42,550 nt of DNA, taken from the sequence record DRR723986_7361; one strand, written 5' to 3'. Below are positions 17,248-27,576 of the stretch, piece after piece (within the stretch, counting starts at the first letter, position 1; every line of letters begins with the position of its first letter). Below the pieces are notes generated by a model. That model saw nothing but the letters and a program-made list of their open reading frames with translations. It searched no databases and was not told where the DNA came from. Position numbers and translations under genes: made by a program.

Positions 17248-18942
17248 ATGAGAATGCAACTTTCAGAACAAGAATTAGTACGACGCGAAAAATTAAGCAA
17301 ATTGCGTGCTTTGGGCATAAACCCTTATCCTGCAGATTTATTTCCTGTGGATCACACATCCAAACAGATTAAATCTAATTACGAGGAAGGTAAACAGGTT
17401 GTAATTGCAGGTCGTCTAATGGCTATAAATGTGCAAGGAAAAGCGTCTTTTGCACAATTACAAGATAGTGAAGGTCGTATTCAAGTCTATTTTAATCGAG
17501 ATGAAATTTGTCCTGGAGAAGACAAAACATTATATAATGATGTCTTTAAAAAACTAATAGATTTAGGTGATTTTGTTGGTGTTGAAGGTGAGCTTTTCAC
17601 TACTAAAGTAGGTGAAAAAACAGTAATGGTTAAACAATTTCAATTACTGAGTAAAGCCTTAAAACCTTTACCAATTCCAAAGCAAAAAGATGGTGTAACT
17701 TATGATGCTTTTACAGATCCTGAGCAACGCTACAGACAGCGTTATGCTGACTTAGCAGTTAATCCGCATGTAAAAGATGTATTTGTAAAACGTACCAAGT
17801 TATTCAATGCCATGCGCCAGTTTTTTAATGATGCAGGTTATTTTGAAGTTGAAACACCTATTCTTCAGCCTATTGCTGGTGGAGCGGCGGCGCGTCCGTT
17901 TGTAACGCATCATAACAGTCTTGACATTCCTTTATATATGAGAATTGCTAATGAATTGTATCTAAAGCGATTGATTGTAGGTGGCTTTGATGGCGTGTAT
18001 GAGTTTTCTAAAAACTTCCGAAACGAAGGTATGGATAGAACTCATAATCCTGAGTTTACAGCTATGGAAATCTATGTGGCCTACAAGGATTACAACTGGA
18101 TGATGGATTTCTGTGAAAAACTTTTAGAGTATTGTGCAATAGCTGTAAACGGTACTACCGAAGCTACATTTGGTGAGTATAAAGTAGATTTTAAAGCACC
18201 TTACAAGCGTATTTCTATGCGCGATTCTATTTTAGAATTCACAGGGTTTGATATTTACGAAAAATCTGAGGATGAGATTAGAGCTGCAGCTAAAGAAATG
18301 AATATTGAAGTTGATGATACCATGGGTAAAGGTAAACTCATCGACGAAATTTTTGGTGAGAAGTGCGAAGGCAATTACATACAACCTACCTTTATAACAG
18401 ACTATCCAAAAGAGATGAGCCCACTGTGTAAAGAGCATCGTGAAAACCCTGAATTAACAGAGCGGTTTGAGTTAATGGTTTGCGGTAAAGAAATTGCTAA
18501 TGCTTACTCAGAATTAAATGACCCTATAGATCAACGCGAGCGTTTTGAGCATCAGTTAGAACTAGCTAAAAAAGGTGATGATGAAGCTACAGCTACCATT
18601 GATTATGACTTTTTAAGAGCTTTGGAATACGGTATGCCACCAACATCTGGTATGGGTATTGGTATGGATCGATTAGTGATGTTCTTAACTAACAATCAAA
18701 GTATCCAAGAAGTATTGTTTTTCCCACAGATGAGACCAGAAAAGAAACAAGTCGCATTAAGTGATAATGAAAAAGTTATTTTCGAAGTTTTAAAATCTCA
18801 AAAACGAATGACTTTAAGTGATTTAAAATCACAATCTGGTCTAAGCAATAAAGGCTGGGACAAAGGTATTAAAGGCTTAGGCAAGCATGGTTTAACCAAA
18901 GTAGAAAAAACCGAAGAAGGCTTATTTGTTGAGATGGTATAA
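17248..18942 (+). CDS. lysS: Lysine--tRNA ligase (class II) with C-terminal extension
   Basis: OB fold, YRQRYADL, GGAAARPF, FRNEGMDRTHNPEF and GMPPTSGMGIGMDRL. The start may be 17248 or 17254. Confidence 0.98.
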   Translation: MRMQLSEQELVRREKLSKLRALGINPYPADLFPVDHTSKQIKSNYEEGKQVVIAGRLMAINVQGKASFAQLQDSEGRIQVYFNRDEICPGEDKTLYNDVFKKLIDLGDFVGVEGELFTTKVGEKTVMVKQFQLLSKALKPLPIPKQKDGVTYDAFTDPEQRYRQRYADLAVNPHVKDVFVKRTKLFNAMRQFFNDAGYFEVETPILQPIAGGAAARPFVTHHNSLDIPLYMRIANELYLKRLIVGGFDGVYEFSKNFRNEGMDRTHNPEFTAMEIYVAYKDYNWMMDFCEKLLEYCAIAVNGTTEATFGEYKVDFKAPYKRISMRDSILEFTGFDIYEKSEDEIRAAAKEMNIEVDDTMGKGKLIDEIFGEKCEGNYIQPTFITDYPKEMSPLCKEHRENPELTERFELMVCGKEIANAYSELNDPIDQRERFEHQLELAKKGDDEATATIDYDFLRALEYGMPPTSGMGIGMDRLVMFLTNNQSIQEVLFFPQMRPEKKQVALSDNEKVIFEVLKSQKRMTLSDLKSQSGLSNKGWDKGIKGLGKHGLTKVEKTEEGLFVEMV

Positions 18943-18965
18943 AAACAACTTGGTAATATATTTTC

Positions 18966-18998
18966 AAAAAGCATATTTATATCAAATATGCTTTTTTT
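18966..18998 (+). terminator. lysS terminator
   Basis: AAAAAGCATATTT-atatc-AAATATGCTTTTT followed by TT. Confidence 0.75.
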
Positions 18999-19109
18999 AT
19001 GCATACCATACATCAAATAAATTTCACCTACTATCGAAAAAAATAGTTTATTGTAACACTTTTTTCTTATTTTCACAAGCGCTATTAATCAGGAATTTAG
19101 TCCCAAATA

Positions 19110-20090
19110 ATGAAAAAGCTATTTATATTATTCGTCCTTTCCACTTTTGTTTATTCATGCGAAAGTGATGACTCAATTACACCAGTAGAAATCCCATTAG
19201 TGGTTGCTGAATTTAGAACTAATTTATCTGAACTAAACTTATATTCTGGTGACCTAAGTGATTTAGTTTTGTCGTCACGTACCTTTCCATACGAGTTGAA
19301 TACACCTTTATTTACAGACTATGCACATAAGGAACGACTTATAGCTCTGCCACCAAATACAAGCATGGAATTTGATGGAGACGGTTTTCCTATTTTTCCT
19401 AATAACACAGTAATTGCTAAAACATTTTATTATAATGTTGACGAACGCGATTTATCTCTTGGTCGTCAAATCATTGAAACCAGAGTTTTAATAAAGATTA
19501 ATGGAGATTGGGAAAGTGGTGATTATAAATGGAATGAAAACCAGACTGATGCCATTTTAGACCCTGAAGGTAGTACTTTACCTGTGACATGGATTGATGC
19601 AAATGGAGTATCAAACTCTACAACCTATGCAATCCCTTCAAGCAGCCAATGCTTTGATTGCCATAATACTTATGGTAACACGACACCAATTGGTCCTAAA
19701 TTACGGACAATGAATTTTGAAATTGATGGAGTAAATCAGCTGCAACAATTTATCAATAACAATCAACTCAGCGGACTTTCAGATGTTTCCTCTGTCGGTA
19801 AAATTGCCAACTGGGATGACACTTCGGAGTCTCTTGAAGATAGAGCGAGGTCCTATTTTGATATTAATTGCGCACATTGCCATATACCAGGCGGTTATTG
19901 TGAAGCCGAATCTATTTTAGATCTTGCTTATGAAACTTCATTTGAAGATTCTAATATTCAATCGCGCAAAAACAGTATTCTTTTTAGAGTTGGAAGTTAT
20001 AATCCAGGTATCAGCATGCCGTTTATAGGAACAACCTTACTTCATGATGAAGGAGTACAACTAATTCAAGATTACCTCAATACACTATAA
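19110..20090 (+). CDS. SO2930-like diheme c-type cytochrome lipoprotein
   Basis: Lipobox VYSC, two CxxCH motifs (CFDCH, CAHCH), and PLFTDYAHKER, IAKTFYY, IETRVLI, ARSYFDINC and MP motifs. Confidence 0.8.
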   Translation: MKKLFILFVLSTFVYSCESDDSITPVEIPLVVAEFRTNLSELNLYSGDLSDLVLSSRTFPYELNTPLFTDYAHKERLIALPPNTSMEFDGDGFPIFPNNTVIAKTFYYNVDERDLSLGRQIIETRVLIKINGDWESGDYKWNENQTDAILDPEGSTLPVTWIDANGVSNSTTYAIPSSSQCFDCHNTYGNTTPIGPKLRTMNFEIDGVNQLQQFINNNQLSGLSDVSSVGKIANWDDTSESLEDRARSYFDINCAHCHIPGGYCEAESILDLAYETSFEDSNIQSRKNSILFRVGSYNPGISMPFIGTTLLHDEGVQLIQDYLNTL

Positions 20091-20185
20091 TTGGGTCGTT
20101 AAAGAAATACTAAAGTCGGTTTAATGATAAGTGAATTCCTGAAGGAATCAGTATTTTCATGCAAATTTTTTAAAAATCGACAATA

Positions 20186-22678
20186 GTGAAAAACCTAACA
20201 ATTAAACTGCTCTTTGTAGTTTCCGCATTTTTAGTATTTTCTTGTTCTACTGCCAAGAAAGCTAGTAAATCCAAAAAAACTAATGCCACAGCGATGGCAA
20301 AACCACCAGCAAAAAAGCCTGGTAAAAACGATCCAAAACCATATAATAAAGTCATCACTAAGGATGCAAAAACCGACAAAGGTTTATTTGCAGTTCATAA
20401 AGTAGATGAGAAGTACTTTTACGAAATACCAGATTCGCTTTTTGAGCGCGAAATGCTCATGGTGACGCGTATAGCTAAAACCGCTAGTGGCATTGGATTT
20501 GGTGGTGGAAAACAGAACACTCAAGTACTTAGATGGCAGAAAAAAGATAAAAAGGTATTGTTGAGGGTAGTATCTCATCAAGTAGTTGCGGCGGATTCAT
20601 TGCCAGTTAGTGAAGCTGTAACCAACTCTAATTTTGAACCAGTTTTAGCTACATTCCCAATTAAAGCGTTTAGTAAGGATTCTACAAGTACAGTAATTGA
20701 TGTAACACCATTATTTAGTAAAGATGTAAAGGCTTTAGGGTTTCCGCAATCTAGGCGAACTGCTTATAGAGTTACACGTTTAGAGTCTGATAAATCATTT
20801 ATAGAGTCTGTAAAGAGTTATCCTCAAAATATTGAAGCAAGACATGTAAAAACGTATGCTGCTGGTCGTCCACCTTCAAACTCAAGTACAGGATCAATTT
20901 CTTTAGAGATTAATAATTCTATGATCTTATTACCAAAAGAACCAATGAAGCGTCGTATGTTCGATCAACGCGTTGGTTGGTTTGCAAGAGGTCAAGTAGA
21001 CTATGGATTAGATGCACAGGAGAGCAAGACGGTAAGATATTTAGACCGTTGGAGACTTGAAGTGAAAGATGAAGATATAGAGAAATTTAAACGAGGTGAA
21101 TTAGTAGAACCTAAAAAACCTATTGTTTATTACATTGATAGAGCAACGCCAGAACAGTGGAGAAAATATATAAAACAAGGTATAGAAGATTGGCAAGTTG
21201 CTTTTGAAGCAGCCGGTTTTAAAAATGCTATAATTGCTAAAGATCCACCTACTCCAGAAGAAGACCCAGAATGGTCTCCAGAAGATGTGCGTTATTCGGT
21301 GGTTAGATATTTAGCTTCACCAATACCAAATGCAAATGGACCACATGTTAGTGATCCACGCTCTGGTGAAATTTTAGAAAGTGACATAAACTGGTACCAT
21401 AACGTAATGACATTGTTACGTAATTGGTTCTTTGTACAAACTGCTGCTATTAACCCTGATGCTCGTGGTGTAGCTTTTAAGGACGAAGTGATGGGACGTT
21501 TAATTCGTTTCGTATCAGCTCATGAAGTTGGCCATACTCTTGGACTACCTCATAATATGGGAAGCAGTGTTGCCTATCCAGTTGAAAAATTAAGAGATCC
21601 TGAATTCACAAAAAAGTATGGAACTGCTCCTTCTATAATGGATTACGCACGTTTTAACTATGTTGCACAACCTGGTGATGAAGGTGTAGCATTAATGCCA
21701 AATATTGGTATCTACGATAAGTACGCTATTAATTGGGGTTACAGACCGATTCTAAATGCAGAAACTGCTGAGGATGAAAAGAAAACCTTAGATAGTTGGA
21801 TATTAGAACATACTGGAGACCCAATGTATAGATTTGGTAGACAACAATTTGGTGTTATAGATCCAAGTTCTCAAACTGAAGATCTAGGTGATGATGCCGT
21901 TTTAGCAAGTGAATATGGTATTAAAAACTTACAACGTATTGTACCAAACTTAATTGAATGGACTGCAGAAGATGGTAAAAACTATGATGATTTAGAAACT
22001 ATGTACGGTCAAGTACTCGGTCAGTTTAACAGATACATGGGACATGTAGCATCAAATATTGGTGGTGTTTATGAGCATTACAAAACATATGACCAAGAAG
22101 GAGCTGTATACACACATGTACCAAAAGCTCATCAGAAAAAGGCGATGAAGTTTATTCAAGATCAGTTATTTACAACTCCAAATTGGATGTTAGATGAAAA
22201 TATCTTCAACAAAATTGAAAGTGCTGGCAGTATAGAACGCGTAAGAGGTATTCAGACAAGAACGCTCAACAATATGCTTGATTTTGGTAGAATGGCACGT
22301 ATGCTAGAAAATGAAACATTTAATGGAAATGATGCCTATGGTATGTATGAGATGATGCGTGATTTACGCCGTGGTTTATTTAGTGAATTACGTACTGGTA
22401 GAAAAATAGATATCTATAGACGTAATTTACAACGTGCGTACATTGAGCGTATGGAATTTATCATGACTGAAGAACAAAATATCCCTGCTGCGTTTAGACG
22501 ATTCTTCGGAGGTACTACAGTAGATGTGAGTCAATCTGATATTAGAGCAGTTGTCCGTGCAGAACTTAAAGCACTTCGATCTCAACTTAGAAATGCGCGT
22601 GGAGCAGATGCAATGAGTAGAATTCATATAGCAGACGCGATAGAGCGTGTTAATAATATATTAGATCCTAAGGATTAA
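20186..22678 (+). CDS. Zinc-dependent metalloprotease lipoprotein (DUF5118/DUF5117/DUF4953 Met-zincin)
   Basis: HEVGHTLGLPHN, Met-turn SIMDY, DPRSGEIL and lipobox VFSC. GTG start. Confidence 0.92.
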   Translation: MKNLTIKLLFVVSAFLVFSCSTAKKASKSKKTNATAMAKPPAKKPGKNDPKPYNKVITKDAKTDKGLFAVHKVDEKYFYEIPDSLFEREMLMVTRIAKTASGIGFGGGKQNTQVLRWQKKDKKVLLRVVSHQVVAADSLPVSEAVTNSNFEPVLATFPIKAFSKDSTSTVIDVTPLFSKDVKALGFPQSRRTAYRVTRLESDKSFIESVKSYPQNIEARHVKTYAAGRPPSNSSTGSISLEINNSMILLPKEPMKRRMFDQRVGWFARGQVDYGLDAQESKTVRYLDRWRLEVKDEDIEKFKRGELVEPKKPIVYYIDRATPEQWRKYIKQGIEDWQVAFEAAGFKNAIIAKDPPTPEEDPEWSPEDVRYSVVRYLASPIPNANGPHVSDPRSGEILESDINWYHNVMTLLRNWFFVQTAAINPDARGVAFKDEVMGRLIRFVSAHEVGHTLGLPHNMGSSVAYPVEKLRDPEFTKKYGTAPSIMDYARFNYVAQPGDEGVALMPNIGIYDKYAINWGYRPILNAETAEDEKKTLDSWILEHTGDPMYRFGRQQFGVIDPSSQTEDLGDDAVLASEYGIKNLQRIVPNLIEWTAEDGKNYDDLETMYGQVLGQFNRYMGHVASNIGGVYEHYKTYDQEGAVYTHVPKAHQKKAMKFIQDQLFTTPNWMLDENIFNKIESAGSIERVRGIQTRTLNNMLDFGRMARMLENETFNGNDAYGMYEMMRDLRRGLFSELRTGRKIDIYRRNLQRAYIERMEFIMTEEQNIPAAFRRFFGGTTVDVSQSDIRAVVRAELKALRSQLRNARGADAMSRIHIADAIERVNNILDPKD

Positions 22679-22697
22679 ATTTTAGAACAGCACAACT

Positions 22698-22730
22698 AAA
22701 AAAGGCTTCAAAATAATTGAGGCCTTTTTT
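22698..22730. terminator. Bidirectional intrinsic terminator
   Basis: AAAAAAGGCTTCAA-aataa-TTGAGGCCTTTTTT between convergent genes. Confidence 0.85.
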
Positions 22731-23551
22731 ATTTTAATACCCGTTTAATGGTTCGATGAAAATCTTCAAATTCTGAAAGATTATTGTGCTTGCCGCCGAC
22801 TATTGTTATAAACTCCAGGTTATCTATATTAATTTCAGACAATTTTTTACCAAATGAATAGGGAACCAAATTATCATTTATACCATGAATAATGGTTATT
22901 GGACAACTTGCCTTAGGTAAATATTTAAATATAGGAAAATGATACTTTAATGCTTGCTTTACTGGAAAGATTGGAAATCACTCTTTCGCCACATCTAAAA
23001 TACTATAATAAGGCGTTTCTAATATTAATCGACTGGGTTTATTTTTCGCGGCTAAATAGGACGCAATACCTGTTCCCAGCGACCTTCCATATAATGTGAT
23101 TTCGTTTTCAGAATATTGTTTTAAAAGATAATCATAACAAAATTGTGCATCGTTGTACAGAGCTTCCTCACTCAGCTTTCCTTTACTTTTACCATAGGTT
23201 CTGTAGTCAATTACAAAAATATCATATTGTAAATCAACAAATTTTTCAGTTATTTTCCCCCATCTGCTTAAATCGCCTGCATTTCCATGAAAATACAGTA
23301 TTACACCTTCTAGGATTCTCAGCTTTAAAGTGAATGGCATTTATTAAAACTTGATGCTCTGGTTCTAAAAATATTTCCTCAAAATCAGGATTAAACTCAT
23401 ATACATAATCTTGTTCCAAATTTGTAGGTAAGAACAATAATTTTTCTTGAAATAAATAAAGTGCAGAACCTATCATAGCATATAAAACCAAAAGTACAAT
23501 GATATACTTTTTAAGCTTTCTTTTTAGTTTTTTTTGAGGTGTGTATAACAT
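22729..23551 (-). pseudogene. Alpha/beta hydrolase pseudogene (frameshift plus nonsense codon)
   Basis: The N-part (...HFKAENP) joins GVILYFHGNAG...GRSLG...DVAKE only after a 1-nt shift near 23310. TGA at 22978-22980 is followed in frame by FPIFPVKQALKY...IIHGINDNLVP...GGKHNNL...RVLK and a stop at 22729. Confidence 0.88.
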
Positions 23552-24389
23552 TAATGCTGGTGGTTTCTGAATCTAGTATTTTTGGTGTGCTATTTAAAAT
23601 ATCATCTAGCATTTTATGATAAGACTCAAAATTATTTAAATTTTTATGTCCACCACCAATGACGGTATGTATTTTAGTAAGTTGAGGTTTAATCTGAGCC
23701 AATTTTACACTGGATTTATAGGGAATTAACTTATCATGTGTTCCATGTATTATATGAATAGGACATTGCACATATTTTAACCATTTATATGTAGGTAAGG
23801 GATATTTTAAAAGTAAGGACAATGGCATAAACGGCGCATATCGTGCTGTTACTTTTGTAAGGCTGTAATACAGCGCATCTAATATTAACATTTTAGGATT
23901 ATTCATAGATGCTAGTTTAGTAGCAAAACCAGAACCTAAGGAACGTCCATATAGTATTATGCGATCTTCAGATGTCAACTCTTTTATTTTGTTATAAACT
24001 TCTTGCAAATCTCGCTTTATAGCTTTTTGCGAAAGCTTTCCTGTGCTTTTACCAAAACCACGATAATCTACCATCAGGACATTATAACCATGTCTTGTAA
24101 AATCTACAGCAAATTTGCCCCAACCTTTTATACTTTTAGAATTTCCTTTTAAATACAAAACCACACCTTTACTTTCTCCCTCAGGAAAAAAACGTAAACC
24201 ATTTATTACCGCTCCATCTCTCGTCTCTAAATTATATTCTTTGGTTTTTTGATTTTCATAATCAAATTGAAAATATTTGGAGAGCTTTTCTGGTTTAAAA
24301 AGTACATAATCTTGCAAATAATAGAGTGCAATACTAATCACTGAATAAATAAATAGAACTAAAAGTAAGGTACTAACCCAATGCGGCAT
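23511..24389 (-). CDS. Alpha/beta hydrolase with N-terminal membrane anchor
   Basis: DYRGFGKS, nucleophile GRSLG, HGTHD (Asp) and GGGH (His). Confidence 0.9.
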   Translation of the reverse strand: MPHWVSTLLLVLFIYSVISIALYYLQDYVLFKPEKLSKYFQFDYENQKTKEYNLETRDGAVINGLRFFPEGESKGVVLYLKGNSKSIKGWGKFAVDFTRHGYNVLMVDYRGFGKSTGKLSQKAIKRDLQEVYNKIKELTSEDRIILYGRSLGSGFATKLASMNNPKMLILDALYYSLTKVTARYAPFMPLSLLLKYPLPTYKWLKYVQCPIHIIHGTHDKLIPYKSSVKLAQIKPQLTKIHTVIGGGHKNLNNFESYHKMLDDILNSTPKILDSETTSINVIHTSKKTKKKA

Positions 24390-24560
24390 ATTGCAAAATA
24401 TTTCTTCTTACAAGATAATAAAATTGAACTTTGTATATCTTATAAAACCAACAGACAACTCCAAACATCGAAAATATCTGCATCACAGCGCATTACAGAC
24501 TAAAAAATTTGTATTTATTTGTTGCTCTCATCAAAAAAATATTACATTTAAAACAAATAA

Positions 24561-24568
24561 TAAATTTG
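24561..24568 (+). promoter_or_regulatory. -7 promoter element
   Basis: TAAATTTG, 31 nt upstream of ATG 24600. Confidence 0.5.
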
Positions 24569-24599
24569 TCCATAAGACATAAATAAAAACAATATAAAA

Positions 24600-25034
24600 A
24601 TGAAAAAATTAATTCTTATCATGGTTGCCTTATTTACCCTTAACGGTATAGCTCAAGAAAAACAAACTGTTTCTGGTGAAAAAGTGACAAAAGAAAAGGT
24701 TGAAAAAACACCTGAAAACATGGCTGCAATGGAAACGAAGAAAATGACGAAAAGGTTAGATTTAAGTTCAAAACAACAAAAAGAGGTTTATACTATTTTA
24801 TTAGAAAAAGCTAAACGAAATGCTGAATCTTATGCCGAATTAAAAAAGATGAAGTCATCGGAAGAAAAACCATCAAAAGAAGGTTTTAAGACCGTTAAAA
24901 GAAAAATGATGGAACAGCAAAAAATTACGGATTCTAAATTAAAAGAAGTCTTAAGTGAGGAACAATTCTCTAGTTATCAAGAAATGCATGGTCAAAAACG
25001 AAGAGTAAAATCTAAACAATTGACAAAAGGATAA
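24600..25034 (+). CDS. Secreted helical Lys/Glu-rich protein (DUF4890/LTxxQ-like)
   Basis: Signal peptide ending AQ, plus MTKRLDLSSKQQ and LKEVLSEEQF motifs. Confidence 0.7.
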   Translation: MKKLILIMVALFTLNGIAQEKQTVSGEKVTKEKVEKTPENMAAMETKKMTKRLDLSSKQQKEVYTILLEKAKRNAESYAELKKMKSSEEKPSKEGFKTVKRKMMEQQKITDSKLKEVLSEEQFSSYQEMHGQKRRVKSKQLTKG

Positions 25035-25042
25035 ATATAATT

Positions 25043-25069
25043 AAAGCATTACGGAAGTGATGCTTTTTT
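25043..25069 (+). terminator. Intrinsic terminator
   Basis: AAAGCATTAC-ggaa-GTGATGCTTT followed by TTT, with a GNRA loop. Confidence 0.8.
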
Positions 25070-25121
25070 ACTTAACTAAAAAATATTACTTTAGTGACCA
25101 ATTAACTAAATAATCTATTTA

Positions 25122-25445
25122 ATGAAAAAACTAATTACACTTTGTTTGATTGCTTTTGTAATGATTCTTGGCACAGAGTCAGTAATAGCTCAATCTAAAA
25201 TAGAAGTAAATGCCAAAGCATCGGAGAAGACCGAAGCATTAAGAAAATATATAAAGTTTGATAATGATCAGCGCGATCTTGTTTATGAAGCACTTAAAGA
25301 GTATGTGCAAGCTAACGTGAATTTAAAGAAGGTTACTGAAGATAAAAATGAAGTAAAGGCCAAAATAGAAAAACAGCTTGATGATAAAATTAGAAGCATT
25401 TTAACTCAAGAACAATACGAACGGTATTTAACTTTTGAACAATAA
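25122..25445 (+). CDS. Secreted helical protein (LTxxQ-like)
   Basis: Signal peptide ending AQ, plus IRSILTQEQYERY. Confidence 0.7.
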   Translation: MKKLITLCLIAFVMILGTESVIAQSKIEVNAKASEKTEALRKYIKFDNDQRDLVYEALKEYVQANVNLKKVTEDKNEVKAKIEKQLDDKIRSILTQEQYERYLTFEQ

Positions 25446-25447
25446 GT

Positions 25448-25478
25448 AAAGAAGCCTCATTTTTTTGAGGCTTTTTTT
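25448..25478. terminator. Bidirectional intrinsic terminator
   Basis: AAGCCTCA-T6-TGAGGCTT followed by a T-run, between convergent genes. Confidence 0.85.
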
Positions 25479-25480
25479 AT

Positions 25481-26767
25481 TTATAATTCTTTTGCAATTT
25501 CATCAACTGCAGCAATAGTTTCATTTAGGTCTTGGTAAGTTAAAGCATCAGTAATAAACCAAGACTCAAAAGCACTTGGTGCAATATAAATTCCTTTGTT
25601 TAGCATTCCGTGAAAGAAAGCTTTGAATGTATCATTATTTCCCATTGCTGCTGTTTCAAAATCTACTACTTGGGTTTCTGTGAAATGTACTGATATCATT
25701 GAGCCAATTCTGTTGATTGTATGAGTAACACCATTACGATTTAATGCTTCAGAAATACCATTATGCAGATATTTAGTTTTCTCATCTAACCTATTCATTA
25801 ATCCTTTATCATTATTAATCGATTTTAGCATAGCTAATCCAGCAGCCATAGCTAATGGATTACCACTCAGCGTACCTGCTTGATAAACTGGCCCTAATGG
25901 CGCTAAATGGCTCATTATTTCATCCCTAGACGCAAAGGCTCCTACTGGCAAACCTCCACCAACTACTTTTCCAAAACATACTATGTCGGCATTGACATTT
26001 TTTAGTTCTTGCACTCCACCTTTCGCCAACCTGAACCCAGTCATTACCTCATCAAAAATCAGTAGTATGTCGTTATCATCACATAACTCTCTAAGACCTT
26101 CTAAAAAGCCAGGTACTGGCGGTATACAACCCATGTTTCCTGCTACAGGTTCTACTATTATTGCAGCACATTCATCTTTATTAGCTTCAATTAATAGTTT
26201 TACGCTTTCCAAATTGTTATATGTTGCAAGCAATGTATCTTTTGCTGTACCTTGAGTAACACCTGGACTATTAGGTGTACCAAAAGTAACCGCTCCACTA
26301 CCTGCCGCAATTAGAAATGAATCACTATGACCATGATAACAACCCGCAAACTTTATAATCTTGTCTTTCTTAGTAAATCCTCTTGCCAATCGAATAGCAC
26401 TCATACAAGCTTCTGTACCAGAATTAACAAATCTAATCTTATCGATATTAGGCACCATAGAAACAGACAATTCGGCAATTTCGGTCTCTAACGCCGTTGG
26501 CATTCCAAATGAAGTTCCAACTTTTGTTTTATCAATTACTGCCTCTACAACAGGAGGAAATGCATGTCCTAGAAGCATTGGTCCCCAAGAATTTATATAA
26601 TCTATAAATCTGTTTCCATCCTCATCATACACATAAGCACCTTTAGCAGACTTGGCAAAAATTGGAGTTCCACCAACTGCATTAAATGCGCGTACTGGTG
26701 AATTTACACCACCTGGAATAACTTCTTTTGCTGCTTTAAACAAAGCACTACTTCTTTGGTATAACAT
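25481..26767 (-). CDS. hemL: Glutamate-1-semialdehyde 2,1-aminomutase
   Basis: [45 protein letters not shown] and [10 protein letters not shown]. Confidence 0.97.
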   Translation of the reverse strand: MLYQRSSALFKAAKEVIPGGVNSPVRAFNAVGGTPIFAKSAKGAYVYDEDGNRFIDYINSWGPMLLGHAFPPVVEAVIDKTKVGTSFGMPTALETEIAELSVSMVPNIDKIRFVNSGTEACMSAIRLARGFTKKDKIIKFAGCYHGHSDSFLIAAGSGAVTFGTPNSPGVTQGTAKDTLLATYNNLESVKLLIEANKDECAAIIVEPVAGNMGCIPPVPGFLEGLRELCDDNDILLIFDEVMTGFRLAKGGVQELKNVNADIVCFGKVVGGGLPVGAFASRDEIMSHLAPLGPVYQAGTLSGNPLAMAAGLAMLKSINNDKGLMNRLDEKTKYLHNGISEALNRNGVTHTINRIGSMISVHFTETQVVDFETAAMGNNDTFKAFFHGMLNKGIYIAPSAFESWFITDALTYQDLNETIAAVDEIAKEL

Positions 26768-26769
26768 AT

Positions 26770-27576
26770 CTATTTCTTGGCTATTATTAATTCTTGACCA
26801 ATTCTTAGGTCATTAGACTTCAAATTATTATTCTGCTTTATGGCTTCAATTGTCGTATTGTATTTTTTAGACAACGAATAAAGCGTATCACCTTTTATAA
26901 CGATGTGTCTAATTACAATATTTAACTGAGTTTCACTATCATCGTTTTTTCCTAACACTAATTCATCATACTTGTATAATTGATAGCGTTCAATAAGGCT
27001 TATTAATTTTGCTGGATATTTTCGATCTGTTGCATAACCAGCAGCTTTTAATCCTTTTGCCCAACCCTTATAATCGCTTTGCTTTAGGTTAAAAAGATTT
27101 GAATAACGTTTTCTGCTCGTTAGAAACTCAGAATGATCTTCATAAGATGATTTGGCGTAATTGTACTTTCTAAAACACTCTTGTGAACGATCATCATCGT
27201 GATAAATTTTCTTTCCTTTCCATCCATGGCATTTAATACCAAAATGATTATTTGCTTCAACTGCTAATCTTCCTCTACCTGAAGCAGATTCTAATATTCC
27301 TTGTGCCAGTGTAATACTTGCAGGAATATTTGATTTACGCATTTCTGTCATAGCAATATTAGCGTATAATTCAATATATTTTTGGGTATTAGAAGGAGGT
27401 GTCTTTATAGCATTTATTTCCTTAGCTGTTTGGCCATCATCCTTTGTTTTATCCTCTCTACTAACCTCTGTTTTATCTTTTTGTGTCTTCCGTTTAGTTA
27501 CTATGCCCTTCTTTGGCCCACAACTAGCAACCAAAAAAAACAATCCAACTATAAGGCATTTTAAAGTAATTCTCAT
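26770..27576 (-). CDS. GH73 glucosaminidase/muramidase lipoprotein with LysM
   Basis: Lipobox [26 protein letters not shown] and Lys[12 protein letters not shown]. Confidence 0.92.
   Translation of the reverse strand: MRITLKCLIVGLFFLVASCGPKKGIVTKRKTQKDKTEVSREDKTKDDGQTAKEINAIKTPPSNTQKYIELYANIAMTEMRKSNIPASITLAQGILESASGRGRLAVEANNHFGIKCHGWKGKKIYHDDDRSQECFRKYNYAKSSYEDHSEFLTSRKRYSNLFNLKQSDYKGWAKGLKAAGYATDRKYPAKLISLIERYQLYKYDELVLGKNDDSETQLNIVIRHIVIKGDTLYSLSKKYNTTIEAIKQNNNLKSNDLRIGQELIIAKK

Noticed and set aside
19052..19077. TGTAAC upstream of the cytochrome gene as a second ECF promoter
   Set aside because: No CGTC-like element at a 16-17 nt spacing.
18798..19168. Two ORFs spanning the lysS-cytochrome gap
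   Set aside because: They run across the lysS end and its terminator; chance AT-rich frames.
22978..23315. Programmed frameshift or TGA recoding in the hydrolase
   Set aside because: No slippery heptamer or obvious stimulatory structure, and the TGA is not at a catalytic Cys position. Decay is the simpler explanation.
24391..24582. 63-aa ORF in a divergent promoter region
   Set aside because: TTG start, no motif, and it overlaps promoter elements.
27533..27540. A8/T8 homopolymers in 5' coding regions (also near 8607 and 11102) as phase-variation tracts
   Set aside because: Runs of this length are expected at this AT content, and the frames are intact.
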